Assembly (NCBI GenBank): GCA_046331705.1
Contig: JAXLQJ010000005.1
Span: 232,208-252,207, forward strand
Source: a bacterium
GTDB taxonomy: Bacteria; JADJOY01
Length of the DNA stretch: 20,000 bases
Direction: 5' to 3'
Below, one piece after another: positions 1 through 8,476 of this stretch. The notes beneath the pieces are model-generated. The model had not been told where the DNA came from. It saw nothing but the letters and a program-made list of their open reading frames with translations, and searched no databases. Made by a program: the position numbers and the translations under genes. How positions within the stretch are numbered: the stretch's first letter is position 1; every line of letters begins with the position of its first letter.

Positions 1-1
1 C

Positions 2-487
2 CGCGGCGCCGATCTGCTCCGAATCCTGCAACGCCATCACACCGAGTACCAGCTCGCCGAGTGGATCGTGAGCTTCGCCGACTCGATCCCAAAGGCGCGC
101 TCCGTCGAGCGCATCTACATCCACCTCGCCCGCGGCAGCGCTCCCGAGAGCTTCGCGTCGTTCGGCCGCACGGTGGTGCCCGTTCGCGATTCGCTGCAGT
201 CGGCAGCGATCCTCGAGGCCGAGGGCAAGATCTCGAAGGCCGGGCTGCTCCGCGTCGCCGCCCAGATGCGCGAGGCTGGCGCGACCGACATCGAGCTGCT
301 GGCGAGCCTGATCGACCTCAGCCGGCGCCATCTCGTTGGCGGCCCGCGCTTCGACGCGATCGTGCGCAAGCTCGCGCAAGCGCGCTCGATCCCGCCAGAG
401 GTCGTGTTCGCCCGCACCAAGCCGGTGCGCCCGCTGCCGCGGCCATCCGCCACCGAGCCCCTGCTCCCCGTCGGCGAGCGCGCCTGA
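2..487 (+). CDS. Partial CDS, 5' end outside window; C-terminus of a hypothetical protein, possibly a myxobacterial-type phosphatase-domain (App1/DUF2183-like) protein
   Basis: Frame is open from base 2 (RGADLLRILQRHHTEYQLAEWIV...) to TGA at 485-487, with GC-rich third positions. The segment VERIYIHLARG...FGRTVVPVRDSLQSAAIL resembles, from memory, the C-terminal part of that family. The family call is weak. Confidence 0.7.
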   Translation, partial: RGADLLRILQRHHTEYQLAEWIVSFADSIPKARSVERIYIHLARGSAPESFASFGRTVVPVRDSLQSAAILEAEGKISKAGLLRVAAQMREAGATDIELLASLIDLSRRHLVGGPRFDAIVRKLAQARSIPPEVVFARTKPVRPLPRPSATEPLLPVGERA

Positions 488-595
488 CGAGCGGCCCACA
501 CGCGGGCCGGCCGCTGGCCTTCCCCGCGTCCGCGTTTCCGCGTAGGTAAGGTGCGCTGCCGCGCCGGGGCTCCCGCAGCCGCGCGTGCCTTCGCC

Positions 596-1594
596 ATGTC
601 ACCTCGCCGCACGCTTCGCCACGCGCTCTTCGCGCTGCTCACGCTGCTGCTGGTGGGCGCCATGGGCTACATGGCGGTGGCGCGGATGTCGTTCATCGAC
701 GCGCTCTACATGACGGTGATCACGCTCACCACCGTCGGTTTCCGCGAGGTCGAGCCACTCGACACCGCGGGCAAGCTCTTCACCATCGGGCTGCTGGTCG
801 CCGGCTTCGGCATCGTGCTCTTCAGCGCCAGCCTGGTCGCGCGGGAGCTCATCGAAGGCTCGATCCAGCAGGCTCTGGGGAGGCGAAAAGTGCAACGCCA
901 GATCGCGCACATGGCCAACCACTACATCGTCTGCGGATTCGGGCGCATGGGACGGATCGTGTGCAAGGAGCTCGAGGCGAAGCCGGTCCCGTTCGTGGTG
1001 GTGGAGCGCGATCCGGAGCGGCTCGGCGATCTCGAGAGCGAGCACTACCCGTTCGTCGCCGGCGACGCGACGGAGGACCAAGTCCTCGTGGAGGCCGGAA
1101 TCCAGCGCGCGCACGGGCTGGTGGCGGCGCTCTCGAAGGACGCGGACAACGTCTACGTCGTGCTGACCGCGCGCGAGCTCGGACCCGAGCTCTTGATCGT
1201 GGCGCGCGCCGAGGACGAGCGCAGCGAGCGCAAGCTCTTGCACGCGGGCGCCACGCGCGTGGTGTCGCCGTACACGATCGGCGGTCACCGCATGGCCCAC
1301 GCGTTGCTTCGGCCGGCGGTGCTCGACGTGATCGACCTCGCCACCCACTACCGCTCGATCGAGCTCCAGATCGAGGAGGTGACGGTGCCGAAGGGCGGCT
1401 TCTGCGAGGGCCAGACGCTGCTCAAGTCGGGGCTGCGCGATCAGCTCGGCCTGATCGTCATCGCGATCAAGAAGCCGGGCGGCGAGATGCTCTTCAATCC
1501 GAAGGCGGACGTGGCGATCCACGCCGGTGACCGGCTGGTGCTGATGGGGCAGACCGCCAACCTCCGGCAGATCGAGGAGCGTCTGCGCGGCTGA
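596..1594 (+). CDS. Potassium channel protein (2TM pore plus RCK/TrkA-N and TrkA-C domains)
   Basis: Two hydrophobic helices flank the pore helix and filter DALYMTVITLTTVGFRE. Rossmann motif IVCGFGRMG, GDAT motif and C-terminal TrkA-C (IAIKK...FNP...GDRLVLMG) are present. ATG at 596 preferred over GTG at 551. Confidence 0.93.
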   Translation: MSPRRTLRHALFALLTLLLVGAMGYMAVARMSFIDALYMTVITLTTVGFREVEPLDTAGKLFTIGLLVAGFGIVLFSASLVARELIEGSIQQALGRRKVQRQIAHMANHYIVCGFGRMGRIVCKELEAKPVPFVVVERDPERLGDLESEHYPFVAGDATEDQVLVEAGIQRAHGLVAALSKDADNVYVVLTARELGPELLIVARAEDERSERKLLHAGATRVVSPYTIGGHRMAHALLRPAVLDVIDLATHYRSIELQIEEVTVPKGGFCEGQTLLKSGLRDQLGLIVIAIKKPGGEMLFNPKADVAIHAGDRLVLMGQTANLRQIEERLRG

Positions 1595-1704
1595 GCCACA
1601 GGCGGCGCCCGCCGCCGTCCGCGCACCTTCACCCGGTGGTGGTGATTGGCGATGCTGTGAGGATGACGCCGGATCACGCCATCGAGCGGCGCCCGCGGCC
1701 TGCG

Positions 1705-2877
1705 ATGAATCCGCGCATTCCCCATCTCACGGCGCTCGGTCTCGCGTGCATCCTGACACTGCCAGCGACGGCGCGCGCCGGCGATCCGCGCTACCTGCAG
1801 TACATCGAGAGCCCCTACCGATTCGGCGTGAACCTGCGGCACATCGATCCGCGTGCCATCGGCGCGGCGACCGACCTGCTCGGCGTCCTCGGGATGTGGA
1901 GTCACGTCTCGTTCCAGAAATACGAGAGCACGGTGTTCCGCTTCGACGTGCACGGCTCTCACCCGCTCGAGATCAAGCCGTCGCCCACCACCAGCGCCTT
2001 CGAGGAGGAGGATCCGATCGACGTCGGCCCGCGGCGCCGCGAGCTCTACGCCGGCAACGTGCGCCTCCGGCTGGCCGACTACCACATGATCGACTTCGGC
2101 CCGGTGTACTCGCTCACGGGCAACCGCTACGACCACCAGGCGTTCCTCTCGTACGTGCAGCAGAGCTTCTTCGACGACGTCGAGCAGGATCAGCGCGGCA
2201 CCGCAGACATGGACCTCGACGGTCGTTCGTTCACCGAGCTCGGACACCGTTTCGATACCGGCGACAGCCCGACGCGCGCCGGCGCGCGGCTCGGCATGAA
2301 GACCCAGTACCGCGACGGCGACGAGTTCCAGGTGCTGCTCGAGGAAGACTTCGACGCGTTCCGCTGGCTCGCGACCTTCGAGCTCTTCTACTACCGGGAG
2401 CTGTTGCGCGACGGGCAGCGCCCCCACGACCTCCTCGATCCCGAGCCCTATCCGCTCGAATACCCGCCGGTGCTCACGCTTCACGCCCGCATCCAGGAGC
2501 ACTTCGCGCGCGCCGGCTACGACGCCCGCGCCAAGGGCGTGCAGGCCGTGGTGACCGCGATCTGGTCACCCGAGATCATGGAGCTGCGCCCGATCCCGAG
2601 CCTGCACTTGTTTCCGCAGGTGGAGGAAGAGCTGCGCTGCGGGATCGTGGGGGGCGATCTCGACGGGATCTGCACCAACAAGACCGCACCGGGCTATCGG
2701 GTGGTGGCGATCCGGCTGCGCAGCCCGTTCGGCTTCCTGGGGTTCAGCAAGTACATCGAAGGCGTGGAGGGCGACCTCGGCCTCCGGCTCAAGGTCGAGA
2801 TCTCCTACGACATCCCGAAGAGCGATTTCTCGTTCGACGTCGGCCCCGAGATCCAGGCCGCGCTGCGCTTCTACTAG
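1705..2877 (+). CDS. Secreted hypothetical protein, possible outer-membrane protein
   Basis: Sec-type signal peptide MNPRIPHLTALGLACILTLPATARA, strong GC3 bias, aromatic-rich sequence, ends ...IQAALRFY. Alternative start at ATG 1663. Confidence 0.8.
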   Translation: MNPRIPHLTALGLACILTLPATARAGDPRYLQYIESPYRFGVNLRHIDPRAIGAATDLLGVLGMWSHVSFQKYESTVFRFDVHGSHPLEIKPSPTTSAFEEEDPIDVGPRRRELYAGNVRLRLADYHMIDFGPVYSLTGNRYDHQAFLSYVQQSFFDDVEQDQRGTADMDLDGRSFTELGHRFDTGDSPTRAGARLGMKTQYRDGDEFQVLLEEDFDAFRWLATFELFYYRELLRDGQRPHDLLDPEPYPLEYPPVLTLHARIQEHFARAGYDARAKGVQAVVTAIWSPEIMELRPIPSLHLFPQVEEELRCGIVGGDLDGICTNKTAPGYRVVAIRLRSPFGFLGFSKYIEGVEGDLGLRLKVEISYDIPKSDFSFDVGPEIQAALRFY

Positions 2878-2925
2878 GGCCTTCCGCTTCCAGGCTGAGC
2901 GCGCCGCGCACTCGGCGGGCGGGAA

Positions 2926-3222
2926 TCAGCGCGCGGACGCGCGTTCCTCGGCGTTCTTGAGCGCGTGGCCGTGGAAGAGCCCGAACAGGACCACCTGGAC
3001 GACGTGACCGGCGAACGAGCCCGGCGCGCGGCGCACGTACGGCATCCACATCGCGGCGAGTTCGATCGCGTGCGCGACGAGCATGCCCCAGAACGTCCAC
3101 TTCCCGACGGTCGCGATCCCGGACGGGAACGCGCTCGGACGGAGCACGCACGCGAACGCGATCGCCCACACCACGGAGAGACCCACCTTGGCTGGCAGGA
3201 TCGAGGAATCCGGGATCTTCAT
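2926..3222 (-). CDS. Small membrane protein, DUF1145 (YhhL)-like, 98 aa
   Basis: GGAGG just upstream of ATG 3222. Hydrophobic segments with LVAHAIE and GHVVQVVLFGLFH motifs typical of DUF1145. It is the C-terminal part of the listed 2926..4176 ORF. Confidence 0.8.
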   Translation of the reverse strand: MKIPDSSILPAKVGLSVVWAIAFACVLRPSAFPSGIATVGKWTFWGMLVAHAIELAAMWMPYVRRAPGSFAGHVVQVVLFGLFHGHALKNAEERASAR

Positions 3223-3275
3223 CCGACCTCCGCGCGCCGCGCCGCGCCGAGCGCGACGGCGCGTCGAGTTGCGGG

Positions 3276-4178
3276 TCACTCTCGTCCAGATCCGTCGCCG
3301 AGCCGAGCGAGAAAGGCGCGAGTCGCCTGCGAGGCGGTATCCGCCGCCAACCCGTAGTACGAGAAGAATTGCACGAGCGACGCCACGCCGTCCGCGTCGT
3401 CGGAGGTGCCGCGGAACGCGATGAACGGAAGGCCGCGAGTGGTGGCCTCGCGGGCGATCATCGCCGTCTCCATCTCGACGACCTCGACCTCGTCGTCGTC
3501 GTGCGCCGACACGCGCGACGCGGCCGTCTGCGCGTCGCAACCAAAGACCCCGCCGCCGCCCTCCACACACGGCAGCGCCGCGCCCCCGAACGGATCGCTC
3601 GTCCGTCCCACGCCACCCACCACGATCCGGGGCACCGGGTCGGTGCAAACGGGTGCGCCGGCGGTCGCGGGAGGCGCGGTGCTGCAACGCGCGAGCGCCA
3701 CGTCCCGAGAATCGGCGAGCTCGCGAACGATCTCCAGCCAGTCGGCGCTGGGCGCGAACGCCGTGCCATCGGGCGCGACCCAGGTCTCCGGCACCGCGAC
3801 ATCGCCGACGAGCAACGACGTGTTCGCCACTCCGCACACGACCACGCCTTGCACGGGGAAGCGGTCCAGCACCGCGCGGGTCACCGTCGACGCGTTGGTC
3901 ATGCCGATTCCCGTCATGCCGAGCACCACGGGAACACCCGCGAGGGTCCCGACCCGGATCTGCCGATCGGCGAGCTCGACCGTCTCCGCGATCTCGGCGT
4001 GGGTCAGATTCGGCGCCAGCTCGCTCGGCATCGCGCTCAGCACCGCCAGGAACGGCGGCGCGTTGGCCTCGGTGGAATCGGTGCCGCAACCTGCGGCCAC
4101 GCCGAACGCGAGCCCCGCGAAGCTGCCCGCGAGCCGCCCGCGCCACGCCGCTCGATGACGCCAATCCACGCTCCACAC
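3276..4178 (-). CDS. MTA/SAH nucleosidase-like (PNP_UDP_1 family) putative lipoprotein
   Basis: Motifs SAMPSE, GIGMTNA, CGVA, EMET and RGTSD match the MtnN/Pfs fold. N-terminal basic and hydrophobic region ends in lipobox-like VAAGC. Start uncertain (GTG 4178 or 4169). Confidence 0.8.
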   Translation of the reverse strand: MWSVDWRHRAAWRGRLAGSFAGLAFGVAAGCGTDSTEANAPPFLAVLSAMPSELAPNLTHAEIAETVELADRQIRVGTLAGVPVVLGMTGIGMTNASTVTRAVLDRFPVQGVVVCGVANTSLLVGDVAVPETWVAPDGTAFAPSADWLEIVRELADSRDVALARCSTAPPATAGAPVCTDPVPRIVVGGVGRTSDPFGGAALPCVEGGGGVFGCDAQTAASRVSAHDDDEVEVVEMETAMIAREATTRGLPFIAFRGTSDDADGVASLVQFFSYYGLAADTASQATRAFLARLGDGSGRE

Positions 4179-4304
4179 CCTGCGCGTTTCCTTACCACGG
4201 CTCCCCACCGCCGCGCAGCGAGGCGGTGCGTGCTTTCGCGTGCCGAATCGCAGACGTACAATTCGCCGCGCGACTCGGTGACATTCCTCGTCGCCCACCC
4301 ATCG

Positions 4305-5759
4305 ATGGTCGAGCGCTTACGAATCCTGCGTGGACTGGCGCGCGTCGTCGCGCCGGTCGCGGTGCTCGCGGTGCTCGGCGCGTGCGGCAAGACAGGCTCG
4401 AGCAGCGACGACGGCGAGCCCGCGGCGTCGCCGGAGTGGGTGCTGCGCTGGAACCGGATCGCCATCGATGCGAGCGGCTTCGATCACGCCCATGCCGGCG
4501 AACAGCTCGGGCCGGGCAAGTCCTCCCGCGCCATGGCCATCGTTCATCTGGCCATCTTCGACGCGCTCGACGGGATCGAGCCGCGCTACGCGAGCTATCG
4601 CGAGCACCCGCAGCCCGCCGCGAACGCGTCGCCGCGAATCGCGATCGCCCAGGCGGCGCGCGACACGCTCATCGCGCTCTACCCCGCCCAGGCGAGCCAG
4701 CTCGACGCCGAGCTGGTGGCGGACCTGAATCGCGAACCGGACACCCAGGCGCGCAGCGAGGGCGCGAGATTCGGACACGACGTCGCGATGGCGATCCTCG
4801 CGGAGCGCGCCGAGGACCGCGCGGACCTGAGCACGCCCGAGCACGAGCGCGCCTATCCCATCTCCTCCTCCGCCGGCCATTGGCGCCCCGACCCCGTGCA
4901 TCCGACGCAAGCGCCGCTCGGCGCCTATTGGGGCGAAGTGGCGCCGTTCGCGCTCGCGAGCGCCTCGCAGTTCCGCGCGCCACCGCCGCCGAGCATGGCG
5001 AGCGCCGAATACGCGGCGGCGTTCGAGGAGGTGAAGCGGCTGGGTGGTGACGGGGTGGTCACGCCGACGGCGCGCACCGACGAGCAGACGCAGATCGGCA
5101 TCTACTGGGCGTACGACGGCACGCCGTCGCTGTGCGCGCCGCCGCGGCTCTACAACCAGATCACCGCCGCGGTCGCGAGCCAGCAGGGCACGCGCGACGC
5201 GCTCGAGCTGGCGCGGCTGTTCGCGCTCGTGAACGTGGCCATGGCGGATGCCGGCACCGCGATCTGGGAGTCGAAGTATCACTACGACTTCTGGAGACCG
5301 GTCACGGGCATCCGCGAAGCGGACCCGGGGCTCGGCCCGAGCGGCGCAGGCGACGGTAACCCGCTGACCAGCGCGGACCCCTCGTTCACGCCGCTCGGCG
5401 CGCCGGCCAGCAACTCACCGGACGCAGCGAGCTTCACACCGCCCTTTCCCGCGTACCCCTCCGGCCACGCAGGCTTCGGCGGAGCGCTCTTCGAGACGCT
5501 GCGCAACTTCTATGGCACCGACGAGATCGCGTTCTCGTTCGTGTCCGACGAGCTCAACGGCGTCACCGTCGGCGGCGACGGCGCCGTGCGCCCGCTCGTG
5601 GAGCGCCACTTCGACTCGCTGAGCGACGCCGAGGACGAGAACGGCCAGAGCCGCATCTACCTCGGCATCCACTGGCGCTTCGACAAGAGCGCCGGCATCG
5701 CGCAGGGTCGGGCGATCGCCGACCAGGTCTTCGCGACCATTCTGCTGCCGCGTCCTTGA
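4305..5759 (+). CDS. Vanadium-dependent haloperoxidase / PAP2 superfamily lipoprotein
   Basis: All three vanadate/phosphate-binding motifs are present: KYHYDFWRP, PPFPAYPSGHA and SRIYLGIHW. Signal peptide with lipobox LGAC after ATG 4305. Confidence 0.9.
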   Translation: MVERLRILRGLARVVAPVAVLAVLGACGKTGSSSDDGEPAASPEWVLRWNRIAIDASGFDHAHAGEQLGPGKSSRAMAIVHLAIFDALDGIEPRYASYREHPQPAANASPRIAIAQAARDTLIALYPAQASQLDAELVADLNREPDTQARSEGARFGHDVAMAILAERAEDRADLSTPEHERAYPISSSAGHWRPDPVHPTQAPLGAYWGEVAPFALASASQFRAPPPPSMASAEYAAAFEEVKRLGGDGVVTPTARTDEQTQIGIYWAYDGTPSLCAPPRLYNQITAAVASQQGTRDALELARLFALVNVAMADAGTAIWESKYHYDFWRPVTGIREADPGLGPSGAGDGNPLTSADPSFTPLGAPASNSPDAASFTPPFPAYPSGHAGFGGALFETLRNFYGTDEIAFSFVSDELNGVTVGGDGAVRPLVERHFDSLSDAEDENGQSRIYLGIHWRFDKSAGIAQGRAIADQVFATILLPRP

Positions 5760-5773
5760 CCCGAGAGAGCCTC

Positions 5774-5791
5774 GAGGCGCCATCGGTGGCG
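5774..5791 (+). terminator. Possible GC hairpin after the haloperoxidase gene
   Basis: GGCGCCA-TCGG-TGGCGCC, a 7-bp stem about 15 nt after the stop codon. No U-tract. Confidence 0.3.
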
Positions 5792-5898
5792 CCCCGCGCT
5801 AGGATCTGCGCGCAGCGCCACGGCGTCCGGGCCGGGTGTTGTGTGACGCTCGGCTCGTGACCTCCCGTTGGGGTGTTGCCCAAACCAGGAGGTGTGGG

Positions 5899-6495
5899 AT
5901 GTCGCGCACGACGCATCGTCGGTCGATGTGGGTGCTGGGAGCGAGCCTGCTCGCTGTGGCGTCGGCGGTTCCCGGGATGGCCAAGCAGGTCGCCGGAGTC
6001 GACGTGCCCGAGCGAGCACAGATCGGCGGCGACGCTCGCGAGCTCGCGCTCAACGGTGCCGGCATCCGTACCAAGATCGTGATCAAGGTGTACGTGGGCG
6101 GGCTCTACGTCACGTCGCCCACCCACGACGCCGCCGCGGTGCTCGCCGATCCCGGACCGCAGCGCGTGCTCATCCACATGGTGCGCGACCTCGACTCGAA
6201 GACGCTCGCCGACGCCTTGCGCGAAGGCCTCGACGCCAACCACACCCCCGCCGAGCTCGCGCCGCTCGAAGCGCGGATCGGCGAGCTCGTCACCCTGCTG
6301 ACCGCGCGCCCGACCGTCACCAAGGACTCGGAGATCTTCCTCGACTACGTCCCGGACACCGGCACGCGAGTCATCCACGACGGCAAGCTGCTCGGCACGC
6401 TGCCGGGCGCGGACCTCCACCAGGCGCTGCTCAAGATCTGGCTGGGCTCGAAACCCGTCGACAGCGGCCTCAAGAACGCGATGCTCGGGCTCTGA
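5899..6495 (+). CDS. Chalcone-isomerase-like (Chalcone_3) periplasmic protein
   Basis: AGGAGG RBS before ATG 5899 and a signal peptide. Motifs LALNGAGIRTK..IKVYVGGLY and ALLKIWLG..PVDSGLKNAMLG. Confidence 0.92.
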   Translation: MSRTTHRRSMWVLGASLLAVASAVPGMAKQVAGVDVPERAQIGGDARELALNGAGIRTKIVIKVYVGGLYVTSPTHDAAAVLADPGPQRVLIHMVRDLDSKTLADALREGLDANHTPAELAPLEARIGELVTLLTARPTVTKDSEIFLDYVPDTGTRVIHDGKLLGTLPGADLHQALLKIWLGSKPVDSGLKNAMLGL

Positions 6496-6519
6496 GCCGC
6501 GGGCGCGCCTCGCTTGGCG

Positions 6520-8286
6520 TCACAGCGGGTAGCCGCCGGCGGCCACGACGGCATCGGCGAGCTTGCGACGCGCGCGCATGACCTTGCACGGCAGGTCGTA
6601 TGCGAGGTGCGAGATCGCCTCCAGGTTCGTCGCCAGCGCGTCGCCGTCGAGCATGTCCATGAGGAGATGCCGCGCCGTGTGATAGACGCGGCTCCAGACC
6701 GGCGGGATGAACGCGACCAGCGCCGCCGACACGAACTCCTTGGCGGCGTCGCTGCCGTGCTCGCGGACCACGGCGTTTCGCGCCACCAGGCTGTCGATCG
6801 CGAAGCAATCCTGCATGAGGTCGGCGATCACCCCGAGCACTTCCTGCTCTTCGGCGACGGTGCCGAGGTACTTCTCGATGGCCGCGCGGGTGACGAAGAG
6901 CGTGGTCCACTTGGCGCGCTCGGCGATGCCGCACGCGATCTCCGCTTGCGAGCCGCCCACCGGCGGCACCTTGCCAGCGGCCGCGTCGGACTTGATGCGC
7001 TCGGTCACGTCCATGAGCGGCAGCTCGCCCTTCATCGCGCGGCGGAAGAGCGTGCCGGGAACGATCAGGCGGTTGATCTCGTTGGTGCCCTCGAAGATCC
7101 GGAAGATCCGCGAATCGCGCAGGATGCGCGCCACCGGGTATTCCTCGATGAAACCGTAGCCGCCCAGGATCTGCACCGCCTCGTCGGCCACGAAGTCGAG
7201 GGCCTCCGAGCCGTAGATCTTGAGGATCGACGCCTCCACCGAGAACTCCTCGATGGCGCGCGCCTTGTCGTCGTCGCTCTCGGCGTGTGCGAGGTGCTCG
7301 TCGATCATGCCGGTGGTGCGATAGCCCAGCGATTCGTTCACCAAGATGCGCAGCGCCATGTCGGCGAGCTTTTCGCGGATGAGGCCGAAGGTCGCGATGG
7401 GCTTACCGAACTGCTTGCGGTCGAGCGCGTAGCGCGTGGCGCTCGCCAGCGCGTCCTTGGAGCCGCCGAGCGTCGCGACGCCGAGCTTGAGCCTGCCGAT
7501 GTTGAGGGTGTTGAACGCGATCTTGTGGCCCATGCCGATGGCGCCGAGCACGTTCTCCGCCGGCACGTGCACGTCGTCGAGATTGAGCGTGCAGGTCGAC
7601 GAGCCGCGAATCCCCATCTTGTGCTCTTCGGGGCCGACACTCACTCCCCGCGTGCGGCGCTCCACGAGGAAAGCCGTGAATCGTTCGCCGTCGATCTTCG
7701 CGAAGACCGTGAAGAGATCGGCGAAGCCGGCGTTGGTGATGAATTGCTTGCTGCCATCGAGCCGGTAGTAGGTGCCATCCGCCGAGAGCACCGCGCGGGT
7801 CTGCGCCGCGAGCGCATCGGAGCCCGAGTTCGCCTCGGTGAGCGCGTAGGCCGCGAGCTTGTGCCCGGTCGCGAGGTCCGGCAGGTAGCGCGCCTTCTGC
7901 TCCGGCGTGCCGTAGTAGACGATCGGCAGCGTGCCGATGCCGGTGTGCGCGCCGAGGGACACCGCGAACGAGCCGATGGTCGCGAACTGCTCGGCGACCA
8001 GCATGCTCGTCACCTTCGAAGCCGCGATCCCGCCGTATTCCTCGGGCACGTCCACCATCAAGAGCCCGAGCTCACCGGCCTTGCGGAGCAGGTCCGGCAC
8101 CACGCCTGGATCCTTCGCCTCGATCGACGCCAGGCGCGGCAGGATCTCCTTCTGCGTGAATTCCCTTGCGGTGCGCGCGAACTCGCGCTGCTCGTCGGTG
8201 AAGAGCTCGGGCGCCATGATCTTCCGGCTGCCGGCTTCCTCCCACAGGAACGATCCGCCTTGCGGTAGCTCTGCAACGTCGGCCAT
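6520..8286 (-). CDS. Acyl-CoA dehydrogenase, long (~590 aa) VLCAD/FadE-like type
   Basis: GGAGG RBS before ATG 8286. Motifs YALTEANSGSD, GSKQFITN, EHKMGIRGS, QILGGYGF and RIFEGTNEINR, plus a C-terminal extension. Confidence 0.95.
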   Translation of the reverse strand: MADVAELPQGGSFLWEEAGSRKIMAPELFTDEQREFARTAREFTQKEILPRLASIEAKDPGVVPDLLRKAGELGLLMVDVPEEYGGIAASKVTSMLVAEQFATIGSFAVSLGAHTGIGTLPIVYYGTPEQKARYLPDLATGHKLAAYALTEANSGSDALAAQTRAVLSADGTYYRLDGSKQFITNAGFADLFTVFAKIDGERFTAFLVERRTRGVSVGPEEHKMGIRGSSTCTLNLDDVHVPAENVLGAIGMGHKIAFNTLNIGRLKLGVATLGGSKDALASATRYALDRKQFGKPIATFGLIREKLADMALRILVNESLGYRTTGMIDEHLAHAESDDDKARAIEEFSVEASILKIYGSEALDFVADEAVQILGGYGFIEEYPVARILRDSRIFRIFEGTNEINRLIVPGTLFRRAMKGELPLMDVTERIKSDAAAGKVPPVGGSQAEIACGIAERAKWTTLFVTRAAIEKYLGTVAEEQEVLGVIADLMQDCFAIDSLVARNAVVREHGSDAAKEFVSAALVAFIPPVWSRVYHTARHLLMDMLDGDALATNLEAISHLAYDLPCKVMRARRKLADAVVAAGGYPL

Positions 8287-8427
8287 GAGCGCCTCCGGGA
8301 ACGGGTTCGTCGGGAGTGTACCCCTTGGGTCGAATCGCCTCGCGCCGCAACGGGCCGCGGCGAGCGCTGCCAAACCTCCGCGACGACTCGTCCCCGCGGG
8401 CGCCCGACGCCTCGCTCGGGCGTCGCC

Positions 8428-8463
8428 GACGCGGCGCGCGACCCGGCGCGCGACGCGGCGCCC
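8428..8463. repeat. Imperfect 12-bp tandem repeat x3
   Basis: GACGCGGCGCGC / GACCCGGCGCGC / GACGCGGCGCCC in the intergenic region. Confidence 0.45.
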
Positions 8464-8476
8464 GGCCCGACTCGGA

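Noticed and set aside
3369..4304. N-terminal 312-codon extension of the haloperoxidase ORF (796 aa as listed)
   Set aside because: Antisense to the nucleosidase gene. The real signal peptide and lipobox begin at ATG 4305.
6514..8268. 584-aa plus-strand ORF
   Set aside because: Antisense shadow of the acyl-CoA dehydrogenase.
4305..8286. Haloperoxidase, chalcone isomerase and dehydrogenase as a halogenated-flavonoid or polyketide cluster
   Set aside because: No PKS, NRPS or prenyltransferase is present and orientations are mixed. Bacterial Chalcone_3 proteins are generally not known as true chalcone isomerases.
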